Origin: Escherichia coli | GTDB taxonomy: Bacteria > Pseudomonadota > Gammaproteobacteria > Enterobacterales > Enterobacteriaceae | Direction: 5' to 3' (one strand) | Assembly (NCBI RefSeq): GCF_022846255.1 | Contig: NZ_AP025682.1 | DNA length: 64,000 nt | Translations under genes and position numbers: made by a program | The notes under the pieces: generated by a model | Seen by the model: the letters and a program-made list of their open reading frames with translations, nothing else | What the model was told of the DNA's origin: nothing | Database searches by the model: none | In this document: piece by piece, positions 13,997 through 25,884 of the stretch | How positions within the stretch are numbered: the stretch's first letter is position 1 | Layout of the letters: each line of letters begins with the position of its first letter

Positions 13997-14350
13997 CGAT
14001 TTATTCCTGTATGTTTGCTCGTAATTTGAGCCTGGCAACACGAGGTTGCATTGCTGAATAGGGAGAGACTTCACCCTCTACAGAAGTCAATGGTCGCCAT
14101 CACAAAAGCGATGGGTGATGAATAACGACCATTACAGCCTCTGAATCAGTTATTAATATCGGTAGAATGACAATCAACGGCTTTAGATACTGATATCTAC
14201 GCATTGAACGGTATTTAACGCCGTCATAAATGTCATTACTTTGTTAAATATAGATCACAATTTTGAAACCGCTCGGGATATCAGCTAAAACATAAGCAAA
14301 AGTGAATGTTTTAAGAACATTCCGTAAGCGGCTAATAAGGAAGGGAAATT
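13997..14350 (-). promoter_or_regulatory. osmY upstream regulatory region (expected stationary-phase/osmotic promoters)
   Basis: AT-rich non-coding interval upstream of osmY; promoter elements not individually mapped. Confidence 0.4.
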
Positions 14351-14388
14351 GACAGGGCGCAGCGGCTACCGCGCCCTGGAGGCTAGAA

Positions 14389-15978
14389 TTAATGCTCGCG
14401 GGTCTGGTGGAACTGAACGTCCGGATAACGTTCCTGCGCCAGGCGCAGATTGACCATGCTGGTAGCGATGTAAGCGAGGTTATCGCCGCCATCAAGCGCC
14501 AGTTGGCTTTCGTTCTTACGCTTGAACTCTTCGAATTTCTTCGCGTCCGCACATTCTACCCAGCGGGCGGTGGCAACGTTGACTGACTCATACACTGCTT
14601 CAACGTTGTATTCGCTCTTCAGGCGCGCTACCACCACATCAAACTGCAGCACACCAACCGCGCCAACGATCAGATCGTTGTTGGAGATCGGACGGAACAC
14701 CTGCACCGCCCCCTCTTCGGAAAGCTGTACCAGCCCTTTGAGCAGCTGTTTTTGCTTCAGCGGATCTTTCAGGCGGATACGACGGAACAGTTCTGGCGCG
14801 AAGTTCGGAATACCGGTGAACTTCATCATCTCACCCTGGGTAAAGGTATCGCCGATCTGAATGGTGCCGTGATTGTGCAGGCCGAGGATATCGCCCGGAT
14901 ACGCTTCTTCAACGTGCGAACGGTCGCCTGCCATAAAGGTCAGCGCGTCGGAGATCACTACATCTTTCGCGGTGCGCACCTGGCGCAGCTTCATGCCTTT
15001 TTCATATTTACCGGATACCACGCGCATAAACGCCACGCGGTCGCGATGTTTCGGGTCCATGTTGGCCTGAATTTTAAATACGAAGCCGGTAAATTTATCT
15101 TCGCTCGCTTCTACGGTACGGGTATCGGTCTGACGCGGCATCGGCGCAGGCGCCCACTCCACCAGGCCATCCAGCATATGATCGACGCCGAAGTTACCCA
15201 GCGCAGTACCAAAGAATACCGGGGTGATTTCGCCCGCAAGGAACAGCTCTTTGTCGAACTCATTAGACGCGCCTTTCACCAGCTCCAGTTCGTCACGCAG
15301 CTGCTGTGCCAGATCTTCACCAACCGCAGCGTCGAGATCCGGGTTATTCAGCCCTTTAACAATGCGGACTTCCTGAATGGTGTGGCCTTTACCGCTCTGA
15401 TAGAGATAGGTTTCATCTTTATAAAGGTGGTAAACGCCTTTAAACAGCTTGCCGCAGCCAATCGGCCAGGTGATCGGTGCGCAGCCGATTTTCAGCTCGT
15501 TCTCAACTTCATCGAGCAGTTCCATCGGGTCGCGGATATCACGGTCAAGTTTGTTCATAAAGGTGAGGATCGGCGTATCGCGCAGACGGGTAACTTCCAT
15601 CAGCTTACGGGTACGATCTTCTACACCTTTTGCGGCGTCGATAACCATCAGGCAGCAGTCCACCGCCGTCAGGGTACGATAGGTATCTTCCGAGAAGTCT
15701 TCGTGCCCCGGGGTATCGAGCAAGTTAACCAGGCAGTCGTGATACGGAAACTGCATCACAGACGTAGTGATGGAGATCCCACGCTGCTTTTCCATCTCCA
15801 TCCAGTCCGACTTAGCGTGCTGGTTAGAGCCACGGCCTTTTACTGTACCGGCGGTCTGAATGGCCTGTCCGAACAGCAGCACCTTCTCGGTGATGGTAGT
15901 CTTACCGGCGTCCGGGTGAGAAATAATGGCAAAAGTGCGGCGCTTCGCCACCTCTTGCAAATAAGGAGACAACGTCAT
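14389..15978 (-). CDS. prfC: Peptide chain release factor 3 (GTPase)
   Basis: ORF track 14389..16005; start at internal Met ([29 protein letters not shown]1 motif); 529 aa. Confidence 0.95.
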
Positions 15979-16068
15979 AATTCTTTCTTCTTGAGTAAGC
16001 GGCATCGCGCCGCGCTTGTTGAAAACGAAAAATTGCGGCTATTTTACCCATCAACGGGGGGGAGGCAA

Positions 16069-16746
16069 TCAGTGTTTACACAGGAGCTGCTCCAGTTCGT
16101 GCAACGAAGAAACGGTCCAGGTGGGCGCGATGCCTTCTGGTTGCTCGCGATTGTGCGCATTCAGCCAGCAGGTCGCAAGCCCGGCGTTGATGCCACCGAG
16201 AATATCGGACTCAGCAGTGTCGCCAACCATCAGCACGCGTGAACGGTCAGGATTGCCCGCCTGTTCCAGCGCATAATCGAAAATTTTCTTATTCGGTTTG
16301 GCAACGCCAACTTCTTCGGAAATCACCAGCAAATCGAAGTAATCACGCAGGCCCGTGCGTTCCAGACGTACCTGTTGCAAGGCGCTAAAGCCGTTGGTGA
16401 TGATGCCGATTTTGGCGTTGCCACGAATGGCGTTAAGCAGGGAAACCGCCCCCGGCAACGGCGTACAGATTTCCGCCATCGCATTAATAAAGGCCTCGTT
16501 GAGTTTACCCGGTTCGACGTTCAGCCGTTCGGCCCAGCTCTCAAACCGCCCGTGCTGAAGCTGTAATGAAGTGATCGCGCCGTTTTGATAATCCACCCAC
16601 AGTGGCTTGTTAACGGCCTGATAGTCCTGAAAATCTTCAGCGGTAAAGGTGACGCTGTAATCAAGAAACATCCGCTGCAGGCCGGTGAATGAGTCAAAGG
16701 TAAACAGCGTTTCATCGGCATCAAAGAAAATCCAGTCCCACTTCAT
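16069..16746 (-). CDS. yjjG: HAD-family pyrimidine 5'-nucleotidase YjjG
   Basis: 225-aa [18 protein letters not shown] (HAD DxDxT motif). Confidence 0.92.
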   Translation of the reverse strand: MKWDWIFFDADETLFTFDSFTGLQRMFLDYSVTFTAEDFQDYQAVNKPLWVDYQNGAITSLQLQHGRFESWAERLNVEPGKLNEAFINAMAEICTPLPGAVSLLNAIRGNAKIGIITNGFSALQQVRLERTGLRDYFDLLVISEEVGVAKPNKKIFDYALEQAGNPDRSRVLMVGDTAESDILGGINAGLATCWLNAHNREQPEGIAPTWTVSSLHELEQLLCKH

Positions 16747-16760
16747 TATTCCACCTTGTC

Positions 16761-17207
16761 TTACATACTGATTGGTAACGCCATGATGATGGCGTCTTCG
16801 CGACCGTCCGTGGTGGGGTAGTAATTGCGGCGAATCGTCGCCTCGTTAAAGCCTAAACTTTCGTACAGGGCAATGGCGGCAGCATTTGAGGCACGGACTT
16901 CCAGCCATAGCGTCGCCACGCCGCGTTTTTCCAGTTCGTCGATCAGATGTTCCAGCAGCGCCCTTCCCAATCCCTGACGCTGATAGTCAGGATCGACCGC
17001 AATATTGAACAATGTAGCTTCATCCAGCACCACTTGCGTAATCGCAAACGCCGCCATTTTGCCGTTTTGCGTTAACTGAAAGTTGAGATAGCGCTCGCCC
17101 TGGTTGCTGGCAAAGGTTTTTTCACTCCACGGAAAGGTGTGGGCGCGTTGTTCAATGTGGAAAGCAGCTGGTAAATCAGTCGTTTCGAGGGAAGAAATCG
17201 TGTTCAT
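16761..17207 (-). CDS. rimI: Ribosomal protein S18 alanine N-acetyltransferase
   Basis: 148-aa GNAT ORF; overlaps holD end. Confidence 0.93.
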   Translation of the reverse strand: MNTISSLETTDLPAAFHIEQRAHTFPWSEKTFASNQGERYLNFQLTQNGKMAAFAITQVVLDEATLFNIAVDPDYQRQGLGRALLEHLIDELEKRGVATLWLEVRASNAAAIALYESLGFNEATIRRNYYPTTDGREDAIIMALPISM

Positions 17208-17589
17208 ATGTGCAAATTTGTTGCCATAACGCGGCGCGTGCCGTTGGGTTTGCCCGTAATTCGGTGAGCGCCGGTGATGCCACCTGAGCGCCTTCCAGTG
17301 ATAGCGGTTCGTCAGTACCCAACCGCCAGCTGTTGCAGCGGCTGCCTTGCGGCAGCATCGCGATTTTTTCTGGCGTCAGTTGCAGCACTTGATCGGGGCT
17401 GACGGTTAACGCGCGCAGAACATCGCTCACTATAGGATCGGTCAGGGCGGGAAGATCGTTTGCCACCATCACCAGACGGACGTGTGCCGGGATCGCAATG
17501 GCAATCTCCCCCTGCAACGCGCCAGGGCGACGCAGCGACCACTGGGTAATGCCCAGTTGCTGTAACTGCCAGTCTCGTCGGGATGTCAT
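17176..17589 (-). CDS. holD: DNA polymerase III psi subunit
   Basis: 137-aa ORF MTSRRDWQLQQLGITQWSLRRP; holD-rimI overlap as in E. coli. Confidence 0.93.
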   Translation of the reverse strand: MTSRRDWQLQQLGITQWSLRRPGALQGEIAIAIPAHVRLVMVANDLPALTDPIVSDVLRALTVSPDQVLQLTPEKIAMLPQGSRCNSWRLGTDEPLSLEGAQVASPALTELRANPTARAALWQQICTYEHDFFPRND

Positions 17590-17691
17590 AGCGAATCGCT
17601 CCTGTTGTCAGGGGCGCAAATATAGCAAATTCGTCGATACCGCGCCAACATATGGCTATAATCGCCGCCAGTATTAATTGAGGAGCATTCC

Positions 17692-18723
17692 ATGTCTGCA
17701 TTTACCCCGGCAAGTGAAGTCTTGCTGCGTCACAGTGATGATTTCGAACAAAGCCGTATTCTTTTTGCCGGAGACTTACAGGATGACCTGCCCGCGCGTT
17801 TAGATACCGCGGCCAGCCGTGCTCATACCCAGCAATTCCACCACTGGCAGGTGTTAAGCCGCCAGATGGGGGATAACGCCCGTTTTAGTCTGGTCGCCAC
17901 GGCGGATGATGTCGCAGATTGCGATACGCTGATTTACTACTGGCCGAAGAACAAACCGGAAGCCCAGTTCCAGTTGATGAATTTACTTTCTCTGCTGCCA
18001 GTGGGCACGGATATTTTTGTCGTTGGCGAGAACCGCAGCGGCGTGCGCAGCGCCGAGCAGATGCTGTCAGATTATGCGCCGTTGAATAAAATGGACAGCG
18101 CTCGTCGCTGTGGCCTCTATTTTGGTCGTCTGGAAAAACAGCCAGTATTTGATGCCGATAAATTCTGGGGCGAATACAGCGTCGATGGCCTGACGGTCAA
18201 AACGCTGCCTGGCGTGTTTAGCCGCGACGGTCTGGATGTCGGTAGCCAGTTGCTGCTCTCGACGTTAACCCCGCACACGAAAGGTAAAGTGCTGGATGTC
18301 GGCTGTGGCGCGGGCGTACTTTCGGTTGCCTTTGCGCGCCATTCGCCGAAAATTCGTCTCACTCTGTGCGATGTCTCTGCACCTGCGGTAGAAGCCAGCC
18401 GCGCAACACTTGCGGCCAACGGTGTTGAAGGTGAAGTCTTTGCCAGTAACGTCTTTTCCGAGGTGAAAGGTCGCTTTGATATGATAATCTCCAACCCGCC
18501 GTTCCACGATGGGATGCAAACCAGCCTGGATGCCGCGCAAACGCTGATTCGCGGCGCGGTGCGTCATCTGAACAGCGGCGGCGAGTTGCGAATTGTAGCG
18601 AACGCCTTCCTGCCTTACCCGGACGTGCTGGATGAGACATTTGGTTTCCACGAAGTGATTGCGCAAACCGGGCGCTTCAAGGTGTATCGCGCCATTATGA
18701 CCCGCCAGGCGAAGAAAGGTTGA
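17692..18723 (+). CDS. rsmC: 16S rRNA (guanine1207-N2)-methyltransferase
   Basis: 343-aa ORF; SAM-binding [12 protein letters not shown] and NPPFH motif. Confidence 0.93.
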   Translation: MSAFTPASEVLLRHSDDFEQSRILFAGDLQDDLPARLDTAASRAHTQQFHHWQVLSRQMGDNARFSLVATADDVADCDTLIYYWPKNKPEAQFQLMNLLSLLPVGTDIFVVGENRSGVRSAEQMLSDYAPLNKMDSARRCGLYFGRLEKQPVFDADKFWGEYSVDGLTVKTLPGVFSRDGLDVGSQLLLSTLTPHTKGKVLDVGCGAGVLSVAFARHSPKIRLTLCDVSAPAVEASRATLAANGVEGEVFASNVFSEVKGRFDMIISNPPFHDGMQTSLDAAQTLIRGAVRHLNSGGELRIVANAFLPYPDVLDETFGFHEVIAQTGRFKVYRAIMTRQAKKG

Positions 18724-18738
18724 GTATCTGATATATAT

Positions 18739-18783
18739 CGCCGCATACCGTGTCGGATGCGGCGTACACGCCTTATCTGACCG
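18739..18783. repeat. REP element downstream of rsmC
   Basis: CGCCGCATACCGTGTCGGATGCGGCGTACACGCCTTATCTGACC, typical REP palindrome. Confidence 0.75.
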
Positions 18784-18853
18784 ACAAACGAATTATCCAC
18801 AATCCGCTGATGGACATTTTTCCAGCAATTACACTGCTGTCGATAATTAACTA

Positions 18854-18890
18854 TTGACGAAAAGCTGAAAACCACTAGAATGCGCCTCCG
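18854..18890 (+). promoter_or_regulatory. Promoter of the tRNA-Leu operon
   Basis: TTGACG (-35), 16-nt spacer, TAGAAT (-10), then GC-rich discriminator GCGCCTCC typical of stringently controlled stable-RNA promoters; about 40 nt upstream of the first tRNA. Confidence 0.6.
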
Positions 18891-18922
18891 TGGTAGCAAT
18901 TCTTTTTAAGAATTGATGGTAT

Positions 18923-19009
18923 GCGAAGGTGGCGGAATTGGTAGACGCGCTAGCTTCAGGTGTTAGTGTCCTTACGGACGTGGGGGTTCAAGTCCCCCCC
19001 CTCGCACCA
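18923..19009 (+). tRNA. leuQ: tRNA-Leu (anticodon CAG)
   Basis: 87-nt GCGAAGGTGGCGGAATTGGTAGACGCG...CTCGCACCA with CAG anticodon and long variable arm; first of three tandem copies. Confidence 0.9.
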
Positions 19010-19037
19010 AAAACCACGTTGATATTGCTCGCACTGG

Positions 19038-19124
19038 GCGAAGGTGGCGGAATTGGTAGACGCGCTAGCTTCAGGTGTTAGTGTTCTTACGGACGTGGGG
19101 GTTCAAGTCCCCCCCCTCGCACCA
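19038..19124 (+). tRNA. leuP: tRNA-Leu (anticodon CAG), variant copy
   Basis: Same 87-nt tRNA; one C-to-T difference in the variable arm (GTGTTCTTACGG vs GTGTCCTTACGG), which keeps pairing as G-U. Confidence 0.9.
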
Positions 19125-19158
19125 AACGAGGCGATATCAAAAAAAGTAAGATGACTGT

Positions 19159-19245
19159 GCGAAGGTGGCGGAATTGGTAGACGCGCTAGCTTCAGGTGTT
19201 AGTGTCCTTACGGACGTGGGGGTTCAAGTCCCCCCCCTCGCACCA
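19159..19245 (+). tRNA. leuV: tRNA-Leu (anticodon CAG)
   Basis: Third tandem copy, identical to the first. Confidence 0.9.
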
Positions 19246-19283
19246 ATTATCTTTACTTCTTTTCTTGTCTCTTCACTGTTTTA

Positions 19284-19520
19284 TCACCCCTGATTCAAAT
19301 TCATTATCATCAGCATGATGCCAGCAATAAGCGCCAGGCACGATGGTAGCAAAACGTAATGCCGTAAATGTTTGTGATACAACATCACCGGCGTCAATAC
19401 CAATCCCATCAGAATGACAATCCGCCATTGATCCGGCGATAAATCCGCATACATCAGCCCTGCAATCAGCAATCCCGGCAGCAACACTCCCCAGCCACTG
19501 CCCAGCGTACGTTGCAACAT
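19284..19520 (-). CDS. yjjZ: Small membrane protein YjjZ
   Basis: ORF track 19284..19631; start at internal Met (MLQRTLGSGWGVLLPG); 78 aa; divergent from fhuF. Confidence 0.8.
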   Translation of the reverse strand: MLQRTLGSGWGVLLPGLLIAGLMYADLSPDQWRIVILMGLVLTPVMLYHKHLRHYVLLPSCLALIAGIMLMIMNLNQG

Positions 19521-19537
19521 GGTTTCATCTCTTTCAT

Positions 19538-19650
19538 TGATAATGATAACTAATATCATATGATAATTTTTATCATTTGCAAGCCAGAGAAATCCCTTGC
19601 TATCGGGTAAACCTATCGATAGGATTAGCAATAATTATCATTTAGATTAC
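19538..19650. promoter_or_regulatory. Fur-box cluster in the divergent yjjZ/fhuF promoter region
   Basis: TTGATAATGATAACTAATATCATATGATAATTTTTATCATT and CAATAATTATCATT resemble the GATAATGATAATCATTATC Fur consensus; immediately upstream of fhuF. Confidence 0.65.
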
Positions 19651-19660
19651 TATCACGATT

Positions 19661-20449
19661 ATGGCCTATCGTTCCGCACCGCTCTATGAAGATGTTATCT
19701 GGCGAACGCATCTCCAGCCGCAGGATGCTGGGCTTGCACAAGCCGTGCGGGCGACGATCGCCGAACATCGTGAACATTTGCTGGAGTTTATCCGCCTGGA
19801 TGAACCCGCCCCACTTAACGCCATGACGCTGGCGCAATGGTCATCAACTAATGCGCTAAGTTCTCTACTCGCAGTCTATTCCGATCATATCTACCGCAAC
19901 CAACCTTTGATGATCCGCGAAAACAAACCGCTGATCTCACTGTGGGCGCAATGGTATATCGGCCTGATGGTACCACCATTAATGCTGGCGCTGCTGACTC
20001 AGGAAAAAGCATTAGATGTGTCGCCGGAACATGTCCACGTTGAGTTTCACGAAACCGGACGCGCCGCCTGTTTCTGGGTCGATGTGTGTGAAGATAAAAA
20101 CGCAACACTACATTCGCCGCAGCAGCGAATGGAAACGTTAATCAGCCAGGCGCTGGTTCCGGTTGTGCAGGCACTAGAAGCAACGGGAGAGATTAACGGC
20201 AAACTTATCTGGAGCAATACCGGTTATTTGATCAACTGGTATCTGACTGAGATGAAACAGCTGCTCGGCGAGGCGACGGTTGAATCGCTGCGCTATGCCC
20301 TCTTTTTTGAGAAAACGCTTACTACCGGTGAAGATAATCCACTCTGGCGTACCGTGGTGCTACGCGACGGCCTGCTGGTGCGCCGCACTTGCTGCCAGCG
20401 TTATCGCTTACCGGATGTGCAGCAATGTGGCGATTGTACGCTGAAATGA
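19661..20449 (+). CDS. fhuF: Ferric-siderophore reductase FhuF (C-terminal 2Fe-2S CCx10Cx2C)
   Basis: 262-aa ORF ending ...RRTCCQRYRLPDVQQCGDCTLK. Confidence 0.93.
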   Translation: MAYRSAPLYEDVIWRTHLQPQDAGLAQAVRATIAEHREHLLEFIRLDEPAPLNAMTLAQWSSTNALSSLLAVYSDHIYRNQPLMIRENKPLISLWAQWYIGLMVPPLMLALLTQEKALDVSPEHVHVEFHETGRAACFWVDVCEDKNATLHSPQQRMETLISQALVPVVQALEATGEINGKLIWSNTGYLINWYLTEMKQLLGEATVESLRYALFFEKTLTTGEDNPLWRTVVLRDGLLVRRTCCQRYRLPDVQQCGDCTLK

Positions 20450-20486
20450 AAGCACTGCCGGGGAAGTAAACCCGGCATCATGCGGA

Positions 20487-21164
20487 TTAATAAGGATGCA
20501 ACACATTACTTGTTTCGCAATGCCGCATACATAACAGAATATCTGCGGCCTCCAACAACCCTGCATCAGAACTGACGCCCAGTTTCGACATCACATTAAA
20601 TTTATGTGCACGGATCGTTTTGATATTGCGTTTAAGCTGCTCGGCAATTTGTGTCATTGAGTAGCCACGCGACATAAAGCGCAATATTTCTCTCTCCGTC
20701 GGGCTTAACGTCCGGCTTTGGTTAATGTACCACTGATTGTTCAGTCGATCGGTCGCCTGACGTACACCATTTAATGACAAAAAGAGTTCCTGATGAAAAA
20801 TCTCCAGCGTTGACGCTTTACTTAATACACCGTCCAGCGGTGATGGCGATAATGAACCAATCAGCCGAGCTTCAATATCATCATCCGCAATAACTAAACG
20901 CCGGGTACGCGGAAACTTAATCGCCAGTTCAGTCAGGCAGGATAATCCCTCTCTGCGCGCACTTCTCATGGCAGAAAAAGAAAAAATGACCGCTGCAAAC
21001 GAGATCCGCGACATGGCATCCTGAAATGACTCCTGACTGGTATAGGTATGGAGCTTATAAGGGTTACCCGCAAACTTTCTGAATAAACTCTCAATACCGA
21101 TACTACTCATGACGCATTTTTCTATGAGTGCGACATTTCTCTTCTTAATTCGGCTGTGTTCCAT
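20487..21164 (-). CDS. bglJ: LuxR-family transcriptional regulator BglJ
   Basis: 225-aa ORF with C-terminal LuxR HTH; overlaps yjjQ end. Confidence 0.9.
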   Translation of the reverse strand: MEHSRIKKRNVALIEKCVMSSIGIESLFRKFAGNPYKLHTYTSQESFQDAMSRISFAAVIFSFSAMRSARREGLSCLTELAIKFPRTRRLVIADDDIEARLIGSLSPSPLDGVLSKASTLEIFHQELFLSLNGVRQATDRLNNQWYINQSRTLSPTEREILRFMSRGYSMTQIAEQLKRNIKTIRAHKFNVMSKLGVSSDAGLLEAADILLCMRHCETSNVLHPY

Positions 21165-21847
21165 TCTGCGGCATCTCCATAAACAGAAGGCAAGTTAAGT
21201 TCTCTTGCACCCTGCGCGCTATTTATCCATGCATACATTTCAGCGTTGCTGTGAATTGCCAGTCGACGCATCGCACTGTTTTTTTGGGCGCTGATAGTTT
21301 TATTACTTTTCTTAAGCAATGAAGCTATCTGGTTGATGCCCCATCCTTTACCTAATAGCCGCAGTACCTTGCGCTCTGAAAGAGTGAGAATGACGGAGCG
21401 ATAGCTAAAATCATGAGTTTCAGTCATTGCCGGAGAGGTCAGCATGGCGCTGATACGCTCTGAGTGCGTATTGCCGGAACGTACGGTCTTGACCAGATTC
21501 TCAATGGGTTCAACATCAGACAATAACGTCGCCGTAGGGCACATGAGCAATTCTACTGCCTGGGAATACCAGGAGCGTGACACCATGAAAACCCAGTGAA
21601 TTTCCCGATATTGTGAGATTAAAGAGTAATAATGCTCACAAACGGAACGTGGATCTTCACTTTCACCGGCCAAATCAGCAATGACTAATCCGGAACGACG
21701 TAATTGTAATAAGGTAAGGTCCTCCGCAGAGGCGCTGGATATTATTTCATATTCAGGGAAGTGAGTCCTCATGACCTCTTTTAACCCTGCTTGCATAACA
21801 GGTATTTTACTGATAACAATTCCATTTTTGCAGCATCCTGGCAACAT
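21122..21847 (-). CDS. yjjQ: LuxR-family transcriptional regulator YjjQ
   Basis: 241-aa ORF with C-terminal LuxR HTH ([23 protein letters not shown]). Confidence 0.9.
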   Translation of the reverse strand: MLPGCCKNGIVISKIPVMQAGLKEVMRTHFPEYEIISSASAEDLTLLQLRRSGLVIADLAGESEDPRSVCEHYYSLISQYREIHWVFMVSRSWYSQAVELLMCPTATLLSDVEPIENLVKTVRSGNTHSERISAMLTSPAMTETHDFSYRSVILTLSERKVLRLLGKGWGINQIASLLKKSNKTISAQKNSAMRRLAIHSNAEMYAWINSAQGARELNLPSVYGDAAEWNTAELRREMSHS

Positions 21848-22466
21848 ATTTCCTCCACATCCACTGTCTAAAAATCATGATGGTTTATTCAAGGTATTCA
21901 TTCCTTAAATATTTCCAGCAAATTAATAGATTAAGCGAATAAATTATCCTTAGCATTCACTTTCATATCAGCATACTCCTGCTGCACAACAACTCCACTG
22001 CATGTGTCAGAAGGTTAGCATCAAATGATAACCTGGTGAAATAGCCTGGAGACATTTAAAATATCTACATTAAGTTGTTAGAAATACTTAATGAAAAACA
22101 GAAATCTCATTCATTTAATTTATAATTAAATGATATCTCTTCCCGCAGAGTGCGGGAATCACACAATCAATATTTATTCAATAAAATCTGATGGTTTTAA
22201 CTTGTTAACATTAAAAAACGCGCCCAGCTATCTATTATCCTGACTCGTAAAGGCCAAATAACAAATTCATTATAGTGATAATATTCATGCGATAGTTTGT
22301 TTACGGCGAGAGATAATTCGCTTTTTATCACCGAGCATCTCCCGATAACCAGGATTAATCAGCGCAATTTTGATCTTAACCTACCGCAAAACAACCGTGC
22401 TTCATGATACAAATGGATTCTCATTATCTGAACAATACGCAGCACGTCTATGACAAAGGGCGAGTT
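21848..22466. promoter_or_regulatory. AT-rich divergent yjjQ/yjjP intergenic region (likely nucleoid-protein-silenced promoter)
   Basis: About 600 bp, strongly AT-rich, no convincing ORF. Confidence 0.4.
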
Positions 22467-23701
<1,235 letters not shown>

Positions 23702-23808
23702 AATTGCCTCGCTTAAAGCACACGGATGAGAGACAGCCTCCTTTCCTCCGTGTGTTACTATAAAAGTTATCTCCCTTCTCGTTCATCGTTCCATATTTGA
23801 GAAACAGT

Positions 23809-24348
23809 ATGTCTTCCAGAGTTTTGACCCCGGACGTCGTTGGTATTGACGCCCTGGTACACGATCACCAAACCGTTCTGGCAAAAGCTGAAGGCGGTGT
23901 GGTTGCCGTATTTGCTAACAATGCCCCGGCGTTTTATGCCGTCACGCCTGCACGCCTGGCTGAACTGCTGGCGCTGGAAGAAAAGCTGGCGCGTCCGGGA
24001 AGCGATGTCGCTCTGGACGATCAACTCTATCAGGAACCGCAAGCCGCTCCCGTTGCTGTACCCATGGGGAAATTCGCCATGTATCCGGACTGGCAACCCG
24101 ATGCCGACTTTATCCGCCTGGCGGCGCTATGGGGCGTGGCGCTAAGAGAGCCGGTGACCACCGAAGAACTGGCCTCATTCATTGCCTACTGGCAGGCGGA
24201 AGGTAAAGTCTTTCACCATGTGCAGTGGCAACAAAAACTGGCGCGCAGCCTGCAAATCGGCCGTGCCAGCAACGGCGGACTGCCGAAACGAGATGTGAAT
24301 ACGGTCAGTGAACCTGACAGCCAAATTCCACCAGGATTCAGAGGGTAA
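23809..24348 (+). CDS. dnaT: Primosomal protein DnaT
   Basis: ORF track 23797..24348; start at [15 protein letters not shown]; 179 aa. Confidence 0.93.
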
Positions 24349-24350
24349 CG

Positions 24351-25088
24351 ATGAAAAACGTTGGCGACCTGATGCAACGCCTGCAAAAAATGATGCCTGC
24401 CCATATCAAACCTGCGTTCAAAACGGGTGAAGAACTACTGGCCTGGCAGAAAGAACAAGGAGCGATCCGCTCCGCCGCTCTCGAACGTGAAAATCGGGCG
24501 ATGAAAATGCAGCGCACCTTTAACCGCTCCGGTATTCGTCCACTGCATCAGAACTGCTCCTTTGAGAACTATCGCGTTGAGTGTGAAGGGCAGATGAATG
24601 CGTTAAGCAAAGCGCGCCAGTATGTCGAAGAGTTTGACGGCAACATCGCCAGCTTCATCTTTTCTGGCAAGCCCGGAACCGGCAAAAACCATCTGGCGGC
24701 GGCAATCTGCAACGAGCTGCTGCTACGCGGTAAATCCGTATTGATCATCACCGTGGCCGATATTATGTCGGCGATGAAAGATACCTTCAGGAATAGCGGT
24801 ACCAGCGAAGAACAACTGCTTAACGATCTGAGCAACGTTGATCTGCTGGTGATCGATGAGATCGGCGTGCAGACCGAATCGAAATACGAAAAAGTGATCA
24901 TCAACCAGATCGTCGATCGCCGCTCTTCTTCCAAACGCCCAACCGGGATGCTGACCAACAGTAATATGGAAGAGATGACCAAGTTGCTGGGCGAACGCGT
25001 GATGGACCGTATGCGCCTGGGTAACAGTTTGTGGGTGATCTTCAACTGGGATAGCTACCGTAGCCGGGTAACGGGTAAAGAGTATTAA
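24351..25088 (+). CDS. dnaC: DNA replication protein DnaC (helicase loader)
   Basis: 245-aa ORF; Walker A GKPGTGKNHLAAA. Confidence 0.95.
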   Translation: MKNVGDLMQRLQKMMPAHIKPAFKTGEELLAWQKEQGAIRSAALERENRAMKMQRTFNRSGIRPLHQNCSFENYRVECEGQMNALSKARQYVEEFDGNIASFIFSGKPGTGKNHLAAAICNELLLRGKSVLIITVADIMSAMKDTFRNSGTSEEQLLNDLSNVDLLVIDEIGVQTESKYEKVIINQIVDRRSSSKRPTGMLTNSNMEEMTKLLGERVMDRMRLGNSLWVIFNWDSYRSRVTGKEY

Positions 25089-25136
25089 TCCCCGTTTCTG
25101 GCGGTATACTGCGACACAATTCCACCTTGAGTAATG

Positions 25137-25631
25137 ATGATGAAAACTGTTAAACATCTTCTGTGCTGTGCCATTGCCGCCAGCGCATTAATTTCCACCG
25201 GGGTGCATGCTGCGTCCTGGAAAGATGCGCTCTCCAGCGCCGCCAGCGAACTTGGCAACCAAAACAGCACGACACAGGAAGGCGGTTGGTCGCTCGCTTC
25301 ATTAACTAGCTTGCTTAGCAGCGGGAACCAGGCCTTAAGCGCAGATAACATGAACAATGCCGCAGGCATACTGCAATACTGCGCGAAGCAGAAGTTGGCT
25401 TCGGTAACCGATGCCGAAAACATCAAGAATCAGGTACTGGAAAAACTGGGCCTGAACAGTGAAGAGCAAAAAGAAGACACCAACTATCTGGATGGCATTC
25501 AGGGTTTGCTGAAAACCAAAGATGGTCAGCAACTCAATCTGGATAATATTGGAACGACTCCGCTGGCAGAAAAGGTGAAAACCAAAGCCTGCGATCTGGT
25601 GTTAAAGCAGGGGCTGAACTTCATTTCCTGA
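25137..25631 (+). CDS. yjjA: Secreted protein YjjA (DUF2501)
   Basis: ORF track 25134..25631; signal peptide MMKTVKHLLCCAIAASALISTGVHA. Confidence 0.85.
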   Translation: MMKTVKHLLCCAIAASALISTGVHAASWKDALSSAASELGNQNSTTQEGGWSLASLTSLLSSGNQALSADNMNNAAGILQYCAKQKLASVTDAENIKNQVLEKLGLNSEEQKEDTNYLDGIQGLLKTKDGQQLNLDNIGTTPLAEKVKTKACDLVLKQGLNFIS

Positions 25632-25884
25632 ACCGCGAAACGCCGCGTTTTAGCTGTTACCCGGCTGACGCGGCTCTCTCCTGCCCTTTTCCCTGCTCCT
25701 GGACGGTTTTACCCCTGTTACACGGGAAGCGACCGTAATCAAAAAAGTCTGTTTATAAACTAATTCCTAACAACATCGCATTTTTTTGACACTAGAATTG
25801 CAGCAATATGGCGACGCCATTACATTGTGCTTTTCAAAAAGCTTAAACGTTGGCTAAACGGCCCGGTTTAGTGAGGATCGCCCG

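Noticed and set aside
13337-14029. 230-aa plus-strand ORF
   Set aside because: Antisense to osmY, whose identity is clear from the signal peptide and BON-domain sequence
14752-16242. 496-aa plus-strand ORF
   Set aside because: Lies entirely antisense to prfC; Arg/His/Phe-rich low-complexity translation with no recognisable domain; a shadow ORF of a highly conserved gene
20456-20477. Hairpin TGCCGGG...CCCGGCA between convergent fhuF and bglJ as a terminator
   Set aside because: The stem is present but neither strand has a clear U-tract, so I did not list it as a feature
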